DNA of 64,000 nucleotides from Octopus sinensis. Its lineage: Eukaryota. The stretch spans positions 40,746,464 through 40,810,463 of the forward strand of contig NC_043011.1 in assembly GCF_006345805.1 (NCBI RefSeq), given 5' to 3'. The position numbers were made by a program, and so were the translations under genes. Under the pieces are notes generated by a model. The model was not told where the DNA came from. It ran no database searches and worked only from the letters and a program-made list of their open reading frames with translations. Of this stretch, positions 13,062-27,231 are shown piece after piece (the stretch's first letter is position 1; each line of letters begins with the position of its first letter).

Positions 13062-13479
13062 TACGACGGGCTTCTTTCAGTTTCCGTCTACCAAATCCAC
13101 TCACAAGGCTTTGATCGGCCCGAAGCTATAGTAGAAGACACTTGACCATGGTGCCACGCAGTGGGACTGAACCCTGAACCATGCGGTTGGTAAGCAAGCT
13201 ACTTACCACACAGCCACTCCTACGCCTTCTTTTCAAAATTCCTATTTTGCTTTTACACATTAACTTGTGTATATTGTGTAAAACTTGAACTACGTAAAAC
13301 GTTAGAGAAAGTAACCCAGCTGTTTCTTGCAATACATACCAAGACACGCACCGAAGGCAAAATTCTTTCAGGGTCCCTTCAAAATCTATTCAAAAACTAT
13401 TTACTATTTTGTTGCGTGAATCCCTAAAAATCTTGTATCAACCTCCAGGGACCATATGTACCCCGGTTGAGAACCACTG
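12624..13479. mobile_element. hAT (Charlie-like) MITE interrupted by a SINE
   Basis: TIRs CAGGGTTTCTCAA (12624) and TTGAGAACCACTG (to 13479); flanking 8-mers GTATAAAC and GCATATAG only partly match. Confidence 0.7.
12725..13226 (-). mobile_element. Full-length SINE family B nested in the hAT MITE
   Basis: Head to tail intact; internal (ATAC)n/(TA)n. Confidence 0.9.
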
Positions 13480-13926
13480 GCATATAGATGATCCCTCGAC
13501 CCGCTGCAAAAAGAATCCATATTATATGAGCTCAAAAGACAAAGCCTTACCAATAAAAAGCAGAAAATATTAACGGACTAAAATGGGATGATCATGAATG
13601 GAACGCCATTTCAACATAGATCTGTTCGATCTAGTACTGACCTGTAGTTTAAAAAGCAACAGCAGCAACAAAAGACAAAAATGTCTGAAGAAAAATCGAT
13701 TTTAGTAGAAAGAATTCTAAGGAATAACTGAAGGGACCGACATAAAAAAATGATAAAGATTTTATAGAGGCGGGCTGAGTCGTGTTGTAAGTGAAGGCTA
13801 AACAATACATTATGTGTTATTGCTTACAGAACATATAAGAGCACATGGCTTTCACAGAAACTTCGGTGGGAATATATGTGTGTGTGTGTGCGCTTTCTGT
13901 TCGTCTGTATGTGCGTATGTACGTAA

Positions 13927-13964
<38 letters not shown>

Positions 13965-14129
13965 GGTTGATTGGCTGTAGGAAGTGGAGAAAGCTGCTGA
14001 CACTATATAGTCAACAAGAACAAGCATTGTTGATAGATCTCTCCCTTCATTGATAATGGTACTTACTCGGGCTGTTTGGCAAATTGAATGTAAGATGATT
14101 GAGATAATAAGACAGCCTCTAATATACAT

Positions 14130-14265
14130 TGTATGCACGTGCATTCATACATACGTACATACATACATACATACATACATACATACATACCTACATACAT
14201 ACATACATACATGTATATTCATACATACATACATACATACATACATACATACCTACATACATACA

Positions 14266-14299
<34 letters not shown>

Positions 14300-14317
14300 C
14301 ATACATACATACCTACA

Positions 14318-14351
<34 letters not shown>

Positions 14352-14463
14352 CATACATACATACATATATACATACATACATACATACATACATACCTAC
14401 ATACATACATACATACATGTATATTCATACATACATACATACATACATACATACATACCTACA

Positions 14464-14497
<34 letters not shown>

Positions 14498-14523
14498 CAT
14501 ACATACATACATACATACCTACA

Positions 14524-14557
<34 letters not shown>

Positions 14558-14571
14558 CATACATACATACA

Positions 14572-14606
<35 letters not shown>

Positions 14607-14613
14607 TCATACA

Positions 14614-14648
<35 letters not shown>

Positions 14649-14675
14649 TCATACATACATACATACATACATACA

Positions 14676-14710
<35 letters not shown>

Positions 14711-14850
14711 TCATACATACATACATACATATATATTCATACATACATACATACATATATATTCATACATACATACATACATACGTACATACACACATAC
14801 ATACATACATACATTCATACATACATACATACATACATACATACAACTAC
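14130..14850 (+). repeat. (ATAC)n tetranucleotide array, ~720 bp
   Basis: Directly visible, with recurring ATATTC and ACCT variant units; source of the HTYI/MYVC ORFs. Confidence 0.97.
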
Positions 14851-15224
14851 AGAAACACACTCTCGTAAGACACGTGTATATAAAACAGATGCTGAGAGAA
14901 ACAAATAAACACACTTTCACACACAAATACTCACACACACACTCACACACACGTATTCATAGGGCAGCCTCTAATATACATTGTATGTACAAAGTGTGCA
15001 CTGATACGGGAGCCCACACGTAGGTGTCATACGCAGACACACATACAGACACACATACATACACAGATATACACACATGGAGATATAGACTCATATACAT
15101 ATGCAAACACGCGAAACATGTAAGTACATGCAGTCATATGCACAGATATACACACGCACATATTTTTATACATGTTCATACACAGAAACATGGATAGATA
15201 GATGGATGGATAATATAAAATAAT

Positions 15225-15440
15225 AAATAAATGCGCCCTTTTAAATCCTAGCCAGGCTCATGGGCCCGGTTTCCCGGTTTCAATGGCGTATGTGTTCCCC
15301 AGCTGGACGGGATGCCAGTCCATCGCAGCGTTACTCATTTTTGCCAGCTGAGTGGACTGGAGCAACGTGAAAGAAGTGTTGTGCTCAAGAACACAACGCG
15401 TCGCCCGGTCCAGGAATCGAAACCACAATCTCACGATCAT
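15225..15440 (-). mobile_element. SINE family A variant (GGGCCCATGAGC tail)
   Basis: Tail shared with 46805-47108 and 54362-54692. Confidence 0.85.
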
Positions 15441-15754
15441 ACATACACATGCACTTCCTCTCTTCCGTACACATATTCGTATACACATACATTGAGACTG
15501 GTACATATCCATACCATTCCTCTATTCATAACTTCATATACAAAGTTATACTAAGAAACACACACTGAGTCAAAGATGTCTTCATCTTTTAACGCATACA
15601 ACTAAATTCGTCAACACACACACACGCTGAATACAGTATGTGTACACATTCAAGACTCAAACACACACATACAGATACATACATACATATATGCATACAT
15701 ACATACAAACATACATACATACATACATACATACATACATACATACATACATAC

Positions 15755-16075
15755 AATCTTGAGAAATTAGGCTTCTCAAAACCAGAAAGGAGAAAGCTAA
15801 TTCGAAGACTACAGATCCAATCCATCACTGGAACTACAAAAATCTATAAAACTTTCCAAAATTTTATAATTCAAATATATATCAGCATGTGTATATATGT
15901 AATTATATGCATGAGAATACTTACATAAAACATACAAATCAGCACATACATACATACATACATGCATACAAAAATACCCTGTTGTTGATGTTGAAATTTC
16001 AATGAAGGAATCTTGGATCTAGGTTAGAAACCGGTTCTTTCTCTATTGGAAAGAAATCTTGAAATAACCTGATTA
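15755..16075 (+). mobile_element. 5'-truncated non-LTR retroelement 3' end embedded in an (ATAC)n tract
   Basis: Encodes NLEKLGFSKPERRKLIRRLQIQSITGTTKIYKTFQNF, recalled as the C-terminus of RLE-type LINEs; followed by a 3'UTR-like segment; ATAC repeats on both sides. Confidence 0.6.
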
Positions 16076-18173
16076 ACATACATATATACATTTTTCAGAA
16101 ACAGAAATCTACCAACTGATTCGCACATTACATATACAATATGTAAGCGGAATGGTATAGCTATGCAAGAGTTCTCAAGTTTTAAATGCAATATTGTTTC
16201 CGTGAGCTTATTATCTTTGTTAGAAACGAGCTCCTTCTTCAGAGGAAGAATTTAGATGATTAAAAACAGAAGGGACATACACACATACATACATATATAC
16301 ATACATTCATACATATATATATACACATATTCTTACATGTATACATATATATATGTATACATAGATACTTCTATAGATAAACATGCACGCAAAAAAGCAT
16401 TCATGTTCTTACCAAACGCGCACATGCTCACACACACATAAACATACCCCAGACACTCCATACATACACTCATTCGCTTATACACTCTCATACATACTCC
16501 TCAAGACAGACATACATACACACACACAATGCTCCCTCTCCATGCCTAGATTGATACGCAATTACACACACACACATATACGCACAGAGGGAAACAAACA
16601 GGTACATTCCTCTCCAAATATATCTGCATACACAAGCGCGCATCAAGAAACACACACACATATACATACACACAGAGGCACAAATACATTTCCTTCCTTC
16701 CATATATACATGCATACATACACACGCACACACACATACTCAGAGAGGCCAGCTTCATACAGAAACTTACAGTGATACACAGACACACACACACGGATAC
16801 ACTAACGCAAAGGCGTACTCTGCCATTTAACACATAAATATATTAGCATCAACAACACACACACACACACACACCCTTCCCTTACGCACTCACACTCTTA
16901 CACACATACACTCAGAGTGGTACATACACATACCACTCCTCCGTTCATAGTTTCATATACGAACATACAAAAATAAAGACACACAATCAAAGACACACAC
17001 AAAGACACACAAACACGCACACACAAATACACTGTACACACACATATTCAAGCCTCAAACATATTCACACACAGATACATACATACGCACATACATACAT
17101 ACATACATACATACATACATACATACATACATAATACATACATACATACATACATACATATACTTACATACGTATATACTTACAACTTGCACATTACAAA
17201 TGCAATCTGTAAGTGGAATAATAAAAATATGCAAAAGTTTTCTGAAGATTTTCTTATCTATATTCAAACGACATGGTTTTGTTATCTACATTCAAACGTA
17301 GAGCTTTCTCAGTTTTTGTTAACTGCATTCAAACAATAGGGCTTCGTATCTTTGTCAGAATTTACTTCCTTTCTCAGAGGAATAATTTAGACAATTAAAA
17401 ATATAAGAGAATATATATTTATTTAGATATACATACATACATACATACATACATACATACATACATACATACATACATACATACATACATACACAGTTAC
17501 ATGTGCAAACAATACAAGATAATACAGTGAGGCAGGTGTATAAAGATTAACAATAAGATGCCCAGTGTAAACCAATTCTTAACTGTCTTAACAGCATTTA
17601 TAGAATGTAGTGGCCCTGATGGTGATGACAATGGCTATGAACTGATAGTGATGAGTGTGTGGGCAGTAGTCTCAATGGATTGTGAGTAACGGTTGATGAC
17701 CAAATGAAGGTATGTGGCGAACAATATGGTTTATTTTAAACAATTGCAACGAAAATGATGCATTCACACTTGTTTATATGAATGAATGTACGCTTATATG
17801 CGCGCGCATACACACACATACACACACACGCGCATATGCATTTACACACACACACACACACACACAGATATATATATATATATATGTATATTACAATATA
17901 TTATAATCATATATAATATTTCCTCTGTGTGTGTGTGTGCGTGTGCTGCATAAATAAACAGATAGAAGAAAAATTGAGATTCACCCAAAGTTAATGGTAT
18001 ACTCTATTTGACTATAGCATTGTTATTCGGTCCCTGCAGCTGTAGACGTTTTAGTGTTATTGTTAAAATTCCATTAATCTAGTAACCAAAGGGATTTACA
18101 CCTACATACGTTTAGAAGTACATGTATGTGTAAATGAGTACGTGTGTATCTATAAATACTATACACATATTTT

Positions 18174-18238
<65 letters not shown>

Positions 18239-18623
18239 TCAAAATAGGCAACAAGGATATCCAAGTGGAGTAGTAACATTGTTTAATGCTACTTCATTTA
18301 TAAACACTGTAAGTATACATCAGTTTTAAAAATATCGAGCAATCTTCAGCCACATATAGAATTTTCCAATTAAACGGACAATGCACATTCTTATCCCTAT
18401 TTTATTTGCTAACATTATAAATGTTGGCAAATAAAATAGGCAAATGTTGGCAAACGAAATAGGGATAAGAATGTGCATTGTCCGTTTAATTGAAAAATTC
18501 TATATGTGGCTGAAGATTGCTCGACATTTTAAAACTGATGAAATACTTACAGTGTTTAATAAAATGAAGTAGCATGAAACAATTGTACGACTCTACCTTG
18601 GATATACTTGTTGCCTATTTTGA
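18239..18623. mobile_element. Foldback element, 385 bp, ~185-bp inverted arms
   Basis: TCAAAATAGGCAACAAGGATATCCAAG ... CTTGGATATACTTGTTGCCTATTTTGA; arms pair over almost the whole length. Confidence 0.85.
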
Positions 18624-19479
18624 TTATAATCACCCCATTTGATTTATACTGATAATACCATACAAAATTCTGGTGCCTTTAACTTATGTACCATATACAT
18701 CAGAATCTAAATTTTGCGAACTTATATATATATATTTAATATATATATCTATGATATATATATATATAATATATATATATTATATATATAAATAAATAAA
18801 CCATGAGGATAGATATTGATATTAATCAATTAAAACCAGTGGCTTAGCATATTTTAAAAATTCGAAGCTTAAAAATTATATTACATACAAATTAAGAGGA
18901 ATGACCACTACAATGGAATCCTAATATGGTAAAGACAGACGTCAAATCGCCCTTACCACGAAGATTATGTTCTCAAGATAAATATCAGCAAACGCCAGAA
19001 TGTAAAAATGAGCAAGACAAATGAAAATATACGAAATAAAAAACGATTACCTACGGACCATGGTTTCGATTGTTAATATTTACGAAACCATGGTCCGTAG
19101 GTCATTCCTCCTAATTTGTATAAATATATATATATTATCTATATATATATATATTTATATATATATATATCATTTCTTAAATATAGCCACATAACACGTG
19201 TCGTTTATTCTAGCAAAAGATGTTATATACGTTTTATTATTATTATTATTTTTATTATAATATATTTTTTGCACATTACTTAACATCGTATATTATTTTT
19301 TTATCGTATATTGATATTTCTATTATATGTAATTATCTCGATGGTGTAATTTAATTTTTATTTTGAATCGATAAAAGGTGTTTTTTTTTCTAATTGATAT
19401 ATATATATAATATTTTGTGAAATTTGATTTAGTATTTATAAATTGAATTTTTCTCTGTACGTTAGGAATAATATCCCTC

Positions 19480-19481
19480 AA

Positions 19482-19544
<63 letters not shown>

Positions 19545-19556
19545 ATTATTATTATT
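19480..19556 (+). repeat. (TTA)n trinucleotide microsatellite
   Basis: Directly visible; source of the poly-N/poly-I ORFs. Confidence 0.95.
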
Positions 19557-21143
19557 ATATATAGAAAAAATATATATATGCATACATGTACAGAGGAAGA
19601 CAGAATTATAAGTCCACCGAATACTTTATAAGCACTCTCGGCTGACTAATTATCCTTGAAAACCGTAAAATCCACGTAGACCGCTGGCAGTCGACTGTCG
19701 AAATCTGAAGTCAAACACCGAATAAAATTAATATAAGATGTCGTTGTACAATACAAAATCACAAAGGAATGGAGAATTATACATTCTTTAGTCAGCCTAT
19801 GCACGTTTCGGGTTGATTGGAAAATTCTAAAATTCAGCGATGCAATAATAATGCTTATTAACCGATGCTATATTTTATTATTGACATTCTACGGAGACAG
19901 AAAGCTTTGACACCATCTTATCCTTATCAAAGCTATACTACATTTCTAGGATTAAGGAAGTAAGATAGTAATAAAACTAACAATTTTTGAACACCGTAAG
20001 GGTAATAAATTTGATGTAATATTAGTGAGTTAAGGGAGTTTGTTGAAAAAATGGATTTAGCCAATCCACTTAATAAAAGTAATCAAGATGATAGTAACAA
20101 TAATAATAATGGCAAGAATAGCAGTGATCAAATATATATATGAACCCACCATTATTGCTGCTACGATCAACAGTCCTCTACTACTAACCCCAACCACCAC
20201 CAAGGTTGCCAAATTACGACCAACTACTACGACCAACAATCACTACTGTTGCTACCATTGGAACACAAGGTAACAAAAAAAGCGGTTCCTTTAATACCAG
20301 CAAGAAACAATAATGGACTTCTTCAATACACTCACAGGAATATAGCGATTATACCAACTACCGACAAAACACCACCACATGGATTCTATTGAGAACAGTA
20401 AGAAACAAAGAATTTTCAATTTTCACTTTTTATAATATTTTGATAAGGTTCGTTTTTTCAAGAACCGAAACATGTAAAATTCATAGAAATTAAATTTATC
20501 TAATATAGTGGCGTTTTCAAACTTCTTTTTTACAAATATATACCCACTCGTATACGATCTACTCTTATTATAAATAAATATATATATATATAATATATAT
20601 ATATTATATATATTATATATATATATATATATATTTATATGTATGTATGTATGTATGTATATATCAGAATTTCAGATCCCAACAACAAATTCTTCTCACA
20701 GTACACTGTTCAACCCGGGGCTATAATAGAAGACACATACCCAAGGTGCCGAGCAGGTAGACTAAAAGTATAACCATGTACCTGAGAAGCAAACATCTTC
20801 ACACTCATGCGAGAAAGATGGTAACTTCGCTTTATGATAATTCTAGTCTTAAAGTATCACCATAAATGATCTGGTCAAAATGTGTTTTGAAATCTAATAA
20901 TATCCACTTAGAAATTTAGAAATTATATATATATATAAGCGAAATCAATTGATACTACGATGTCTATGATCTTATTTGTATTCTATTAAATGTATCTTTG
21001 AAGTCGGATGATTGCTTCGGTGAGATATGTCTGCTATATTCTCCGTGCGTGTTTACATATGGCGAGAGATGCGCGGTTTTGGAGGGTTTTAAACCCACTC
21101 TCAAGCAAAAACGGTACATATTGTACCCTGACACTTTATTATA

Positions 21144-21200
<57 letters not shown>

Positions 21201-21876
21201 CAATTATTTATATATATATGTGTGTGTGTATGTGTGTATATGTATATGTATATAGTATAATATATATTAATGCGCCAGAGAAAAAAATTTGTTTGCTTGT
21301 TATCAGTCGTAAAGAACATTGTTGTGTTTTCACCGTTAATGCTTCTGTATTCTTGTTTCTGTATTCCATTATTGTTTTTTGTTTTTTTATATCTGTCCCC
21401 TTTGCTGTCCTGGTGTTCGTATGCATTCGATCCTTCTTCCAGGAAATCTACGCTCCCAGCTTAGTTTTTCTAATGCTCGTTGCTTAGTTTTTCTTGGAGG
21501 GCTGGCCGTGATCTAGTAATCTCAAGATTAATCAGCCGAAATTACTACGATGATCCGGTTCTTGACTGAAGACTGAGGGTTTCGAATGATACATCTAGAC
21601 ATACATAAGAATATATACGTGTGTGTATGCCTGAATGAAAGAATTAGAGAAACAGAGAGAGAGAGATGGGTGTAGAGAAAATGTGTGTGTTTGTGGATGC
21701 CGAGAGGGAATGAATGCATGTATGTAAATATGAATACGTATTTTAATATACAAATTTCTAAATATATAAATATATACAGACAAACGCATACTTACGTGTT
21801 TGTATGTTTATACATAACCTATGCATGTATGTATGTATGTATATATATCTGTGTGTGTGTGTGTGTATGTATATAT

Positions 21877-21917
<41 letters not shown>

Positions 21918-22040
21918 TGATAGTGCTCCTCTTCCCTGTAGAGTCACCCATGTCACAAGAGATATAGACATACTTGCATATTCATGAATTCATCACTCCA
22001 TTTATTTACACATACTATACACGAATGCATACGTATAAAA

Positions 22041-22092
<52 letters not shown>

Positions 22093-22097
22093 ATATA

Positions 22098-22153
<56 letters not shown>

Positions 22154-22493
22154 GAATAGATAGATAGATATAGATATAGATATAGATATAGATATATATA
22201 TTTATATATTGTGTGTGTATATATGTGTGTGAGTGTGTGTATTATATACACATACATACATGCATACATATGTATGCAAGTGTGTACGGTTTAATATTTG
22301 TTTGTTTGTTTTATATGCCGGGTTATTTAGTCAATATTAACCCGTAGGATTATTAAATGTTCTTCAGCAGGACACAATTTTATTAATATTTGGAAATAAA
22401 AGATTGTCTGTTATTTCAGTGTTTCGATCTTCGTAAACCTGGTCTTCAAACGATCTGTCAAACTTTTCCTTGCAATCCTTCATTTATATGTAC

Positions 22494-22541
<48 letters not shown>

Positions 22542-24076
22542 TGACACTCATACATATTTTTATATGTGGGCTTTGTGTGTGTTTTTAAGGATGTCAACAT
22601 TTCTATTTGTATGTGTAAGAATTGCGCCTGTTCATAATCTATTTTCGTGTGTGATACTTTGTATATTTTCCCAGATAGATATTCTTATTAAATTAATCAA
22701 ATCCAAATTTAACTTGAATACACAGAAAGGTGAACAGTCAACTATGGCGCGAAATTAAGTATGAAGATTAGTTATGAGAAATAAATTCTAAGAAAGTAAA
22801 CTAAACGTGACAATAATATGCGTTCGTAAAACACAATTAGATTGAAATACCGATGTCTACACACACTTATAATGTGTATACAGAGGTGGAACGACACAAG
22901 TTGCATTTTGTTATTTGATTGAAACTCCTCTATGAGATTTTAGTTTTAGAAGCACAGAACCTCGCTCAGCATACTTATGGACGTCCAGACACACTGTACC
23001 GACTTGATTTTGGTATTTGACCAGCATTCACACATCAGAAATTGGTAAACAAATTAATTTCTGATATATTTGAATGCTGGTCAGGCTAGAATTAAGTTAA
23101 TATACAAAACTGAAGCAGCCTTACACCAAAATACCGGAGTGTGTACGCATTTATAAAGTGTGTATAAATGTGGATCGGTAATAGCTGAATTATTTCTCTG
23201 AGAAACTTCTCGTAGAACCTTTTTTTCAGAACAATGGATCGGCATACATGGTTTCCAGCGAATATTCTGGGTGTCCTGAGCTAAGCCGACAAATGTTTAT
23301 TCCGAAACAGTAATCGGTAAACAAAACTTTAAGGATTTTCGCGAGCGTTAGCCAGGCTACAATGAAATTAATATACGCAAAAAAAAAACAAAAAAAAAAC
23401 GTAGAATGTCATTAGGTGTTACATTTTGTCCTGGAAGATTTTTCTCGAAGAGACATTTGTTTTTAAAATTACATGGTTATCTTCAGTACAGTGGTGGATT
23501 ATCAGAGACTTGTTTCAAACAGAAATATCTTCCTCAGTGACGAATAACCCAGGCGTTCTGTGTTAAGCTTGTTCTGATACAGAAATCGGTAAAATATGCA
23601 TTGGGGATTTGTATGAAAACTAGCCAGATTAGAATTAAATTGATATGCGAAACTGAAGTCGCCTTATGTTAAAACACCGCTGCGTATACATATTTATAAA
23701 CTGTATTCAAACGAGGAATCTTCTCGCGGAATCATGTGTCTTCAAATTAAATAGCTTTTTTGAAAACACAAATGGATTGTCAAACATGGTTTCAACCTGA
23801 TTTCGACATTCTCAGCGAAGCCGAAAAATGTTAAGGAATTCTATAAGAATTCATCTTTACTAGGTTGAATCAATATAGGATAAAGTAAACTTTCAATAAA
23901 CAGTGAAAACAACATAATAAAATGACTTTTAAGTATGCCCAAAGGTACCTAAATACTTTATGAAATGTGTGTGTGTGAATGTGTATGAATATGTGTATAT
24001 ATATATATATATATACATATACATATGTGTATGTGTGTAGTGTATGTATGTATTAATGTATATGCATGTAGGTATA

Positions 24077-24278
24077 CGAGGTGGTGCTGAAAAAGTTCCT
24101 GGTTCTGGGTATGAGATTAAGTTATAAATTTATATAACATACTCCACTCTCATATTCATACACATATTGCAGTAGTTCTTCAGCTTCTCTAAGTCCTGCA
24201 AAAGAACTCGGTAGGTTGGACCTCCAGCCAGGCCTTTCGCAATATCGTTCAAGCCAGATGACTTTCAGCACTCTATTG
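24077..24278 (-). mobile_element. Mariner-derived MITE (~200 bp)
   Basis: TA-flanked TIRs CGAGGTGGTGCTGAAAAAGTTCCTGG and CCAGATGACTTTCAGCACTCTATTG; retains a decayed transposase C-terminus; same family as 26459-26623. Confidence 0.8.
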
Positions 24279-24301
24279 TATATATGTGATGTGAATGTGT
24301 A

Positions 24302-24340
<39 letters not shown>

Positions 24341-24371
24341 CTATATATATATATATGTATGTATATATGTA

Positions 24372-24413
<42 letters not shown>

Positions 24414-24510
24414 TGATTATGTGTTAACCCACCTCTCTCTCTCTCTCTCTCTATACATATATATATATATATACACACCCACATATATATATGTATATAT
24501 ATGCATACAC

Positions 24511-24549
<39 letters not shown>

Positions 24550-26458
24550 ATATACACACATGCACATACATGTATACACTCGCACATATGCATATTTATA
24601 TATATATATATTTGCATATATAATGTATTCATAAATTCACACAGACGTGTGTGTTTGTGTGTATGTGTGTCCGTGTCTGTGTAAGTGTGCACTCAAGAAG
24701 AAAGAAATGATCTCGCCGAAAAAAAATAGTAAAAAATTAGAATAATATTATGAATAATAAATAGATATGAAATTTTAAAAAATGAACCAAACGAGAGAGT
24801 AAAATTCCTCTTGGAATATCGTTTCGTATTTCAACTTCTCTTTACACTGTTGGGAATAAATGGTAGATTAAAAGACAGAATTATTGATAATGATAACAGA
24901 GAATCCCACCAACGGCCTGAATCTACTGTAATCTTACTGAAGTGGAAATGCCAGATGCAAGCTAGGGTTACTTGAAACGTTGGCAATATTTAATATAAAC
25001 ATGGCCTAAGTATTGTTAGTGTTAGGATTTTGTGTCAATCGTCGTTAGAAAACAATATGTACAGACGCCATTTTGTTTGTTTTATTTATTCATTTTATTT
25101 TGTTTATCATTTTTTCTTCGTAGTTTTATTGTTTGGTATTCATTACTGTTTGTGTCCCTGTTATTTTATTCCACTTAGTTCCTCACTTTATTTAATATTT
25201 TGATATCTCTCTGTCCCACACAAACACATTTGTAAATATTTTCAGCTACGCGTATTCTTTCCCCTTCGGTCTATCTGTCACTCTGTTACTCACCCCCACC
25301 TTTCTCTTTCTCTCTCCCTATATCAGCTTGTCTGTGTTTCTGTCTCTTTCTTTCACTCAGCTTATTACTCTCATTCTCTTTCTCACTCTTTCTTTCTATC
25401 TTTCTCTATCTCCTCCTCCCCGATACTTCATATTACTCCCGTTTAACTGAAGATCAACTGGTTGCAGTCCACAGTTCGCATCGCAATACCATTACTGCAC
25501 TATAATGCCGCTTTAATGCAATGTAATACACCCTTAAATAGCTTACACTTTATCTAGGATTTATAATGCGGGCGGCCTTACTAACGCATTATCAAGCGAC
25601 AGTGTGGAACACACACACAGACTCTCAACCAATTATAATCCGTTTCTAGTGGTCCTTTGCCTTTGAACACCAGTTCATATCCCGTTATGCCGCACATCGT
25701 TCGGTGCTAGATCGTCATCCATTTTTATACTGAGCTACACTATCCACAAGGAACATTGTGTGGAATCATACTGTACACCACAATTATAAATCAGAACTTC
25801 GTAACACACTACACCCAACGAAACGGGACACACAGTATCCATTTTACCTCTTCAGGAGAGAGAGATAGAGGAATCCGTTGCAAATGATTATCCGATGTTA
25901 CTTTTCTTTACTAAAACATCAATGTGAAATAGAATATGGACATTTTAACAAGTCAGGGGATGCGACTCGATGGTTAAAAATCACTTTCAAGCTGTTTTAT
26001 TTTTTCTTGCTATGAAAATCAATTACTAAATTCCAATTAAGAAATAAGGAAATGATAGAAAAAGAACGATGTAGGAGAGTTATCGTACTTGATAGTGTTT
26101 CACAGCGGTGAATGCAGTTGGATAGTTTCTATTCATTGTGTCTACTCATTGTACAGAATTAGAGGGAGCTGTATAATGATAGGAGTAACTGCGCTCCCTT
26201 CTTCGAAGTTTTAAGCTTTGCCTCCAAAGAAAGTCACGTGCTTTCGCTAGATTGTTTATATATCTTTTCGATATGCAATGAAACTTGCTCAAATGAAATA
26301 TCAATCTTGAATTTTCACATTGAATTTCATTCCAATTTTGTTAATTGGAAATGAGAGAAAGCTAGTGACTCAGTTTTTAGGAAGCTTGACGTTTCATACA
26401 CATTCACTGATAGCCTTAACTCCAGATAGATCAGTAATCAGGGTGTATTGAGAACATA

Positions 26459-26623
26459 CAAGGGGATACTGAAAATTCCCTAGCTTTAAGGGTATCGCGA
26501 AAGGCCTGGTTAGAGGCCCAAGCTCTTTTATAGGGCTTAGAAAAACTGAAGGACCGCTGCAATAAGTGTGTGGATCTGACAAGGAATATGTTGAATAAAA
26601 TCATAATTCATTGAATCACCCTG
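26459..26623 (+). mobile_element. Mariner-derived MITE
   Basis: TA|CAAGGGGATACTGAAAATTCCC start; encodes GLEKLKDRCNKCVDL, a mariner C-terminal motif. Confidence 0.75.
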
Positions 26624-27231
26624 TAGAATATTGTGATTAAAGTGTCCTATGACCGGAATATACTATGACTTGACAGTGTTGTGATCAGAATGATCTTGTG
26701 GCCAGAGTATAATTATGACCATTGTGTGGTTCTGATCAGAATCAGCTGATATAATGTTATGACCAGAGTGTGCTCATGACTGGAATGTACAGTGGCATGT
26801 AAGTGATATGTGACCAGACTGTGCTTGTGACCAGTGCAGTGTGACTAGAGTCTGGTATGATTAGGGAGCAATTCTGAACTGTAAATGAAGTTCAGAAATA
26901 TGGAGCACCAAAATAGAATGAAACCAAGAAGTATTTAAAAGAAGCTGGGTTTTGTTTTAACAATTTTTCAAAGGTAAAAGCACAAGAAAATAACTAATCT
27001 GCATTAATAACTCGATTTAAAGAGACTTGACTGTAACTTTTGCTGTGTTCATTGTACTCATTAAAATATTGATTTCCTTGTTTTTTAGTAGCCCAGTTGG
27101 AGGAGGAAGAATCATATCTGTAACCTTTTGCTTAACCTCTGCGTCTAATAGGGGGAGAAAGTTGTATTCAAGACGGAGATGTGGCACGGAAACTAGTAAT
27201 GGTGTATATTTCAATAAAGATATCATCTAAA

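Noticed and set aside
13551-13577. 27-nt AG/GTAAG-bounded minus-strand micro-exon candidate
   Set aside because: No frame matches the expected TM4-TM7 sequence; such site pairs arise by chance.
14050-15023. Long ORFs of 259-296 aa (HTYI repeats) and similar YI/CV/LS ORFs throughout
   Set aside because: Translations of stop-free microsatellites; no protein features.
27017-27226. 69-aa non-repetitive minus-strand ORF
   Set aside because: No recognisable homology and no clear donor site.
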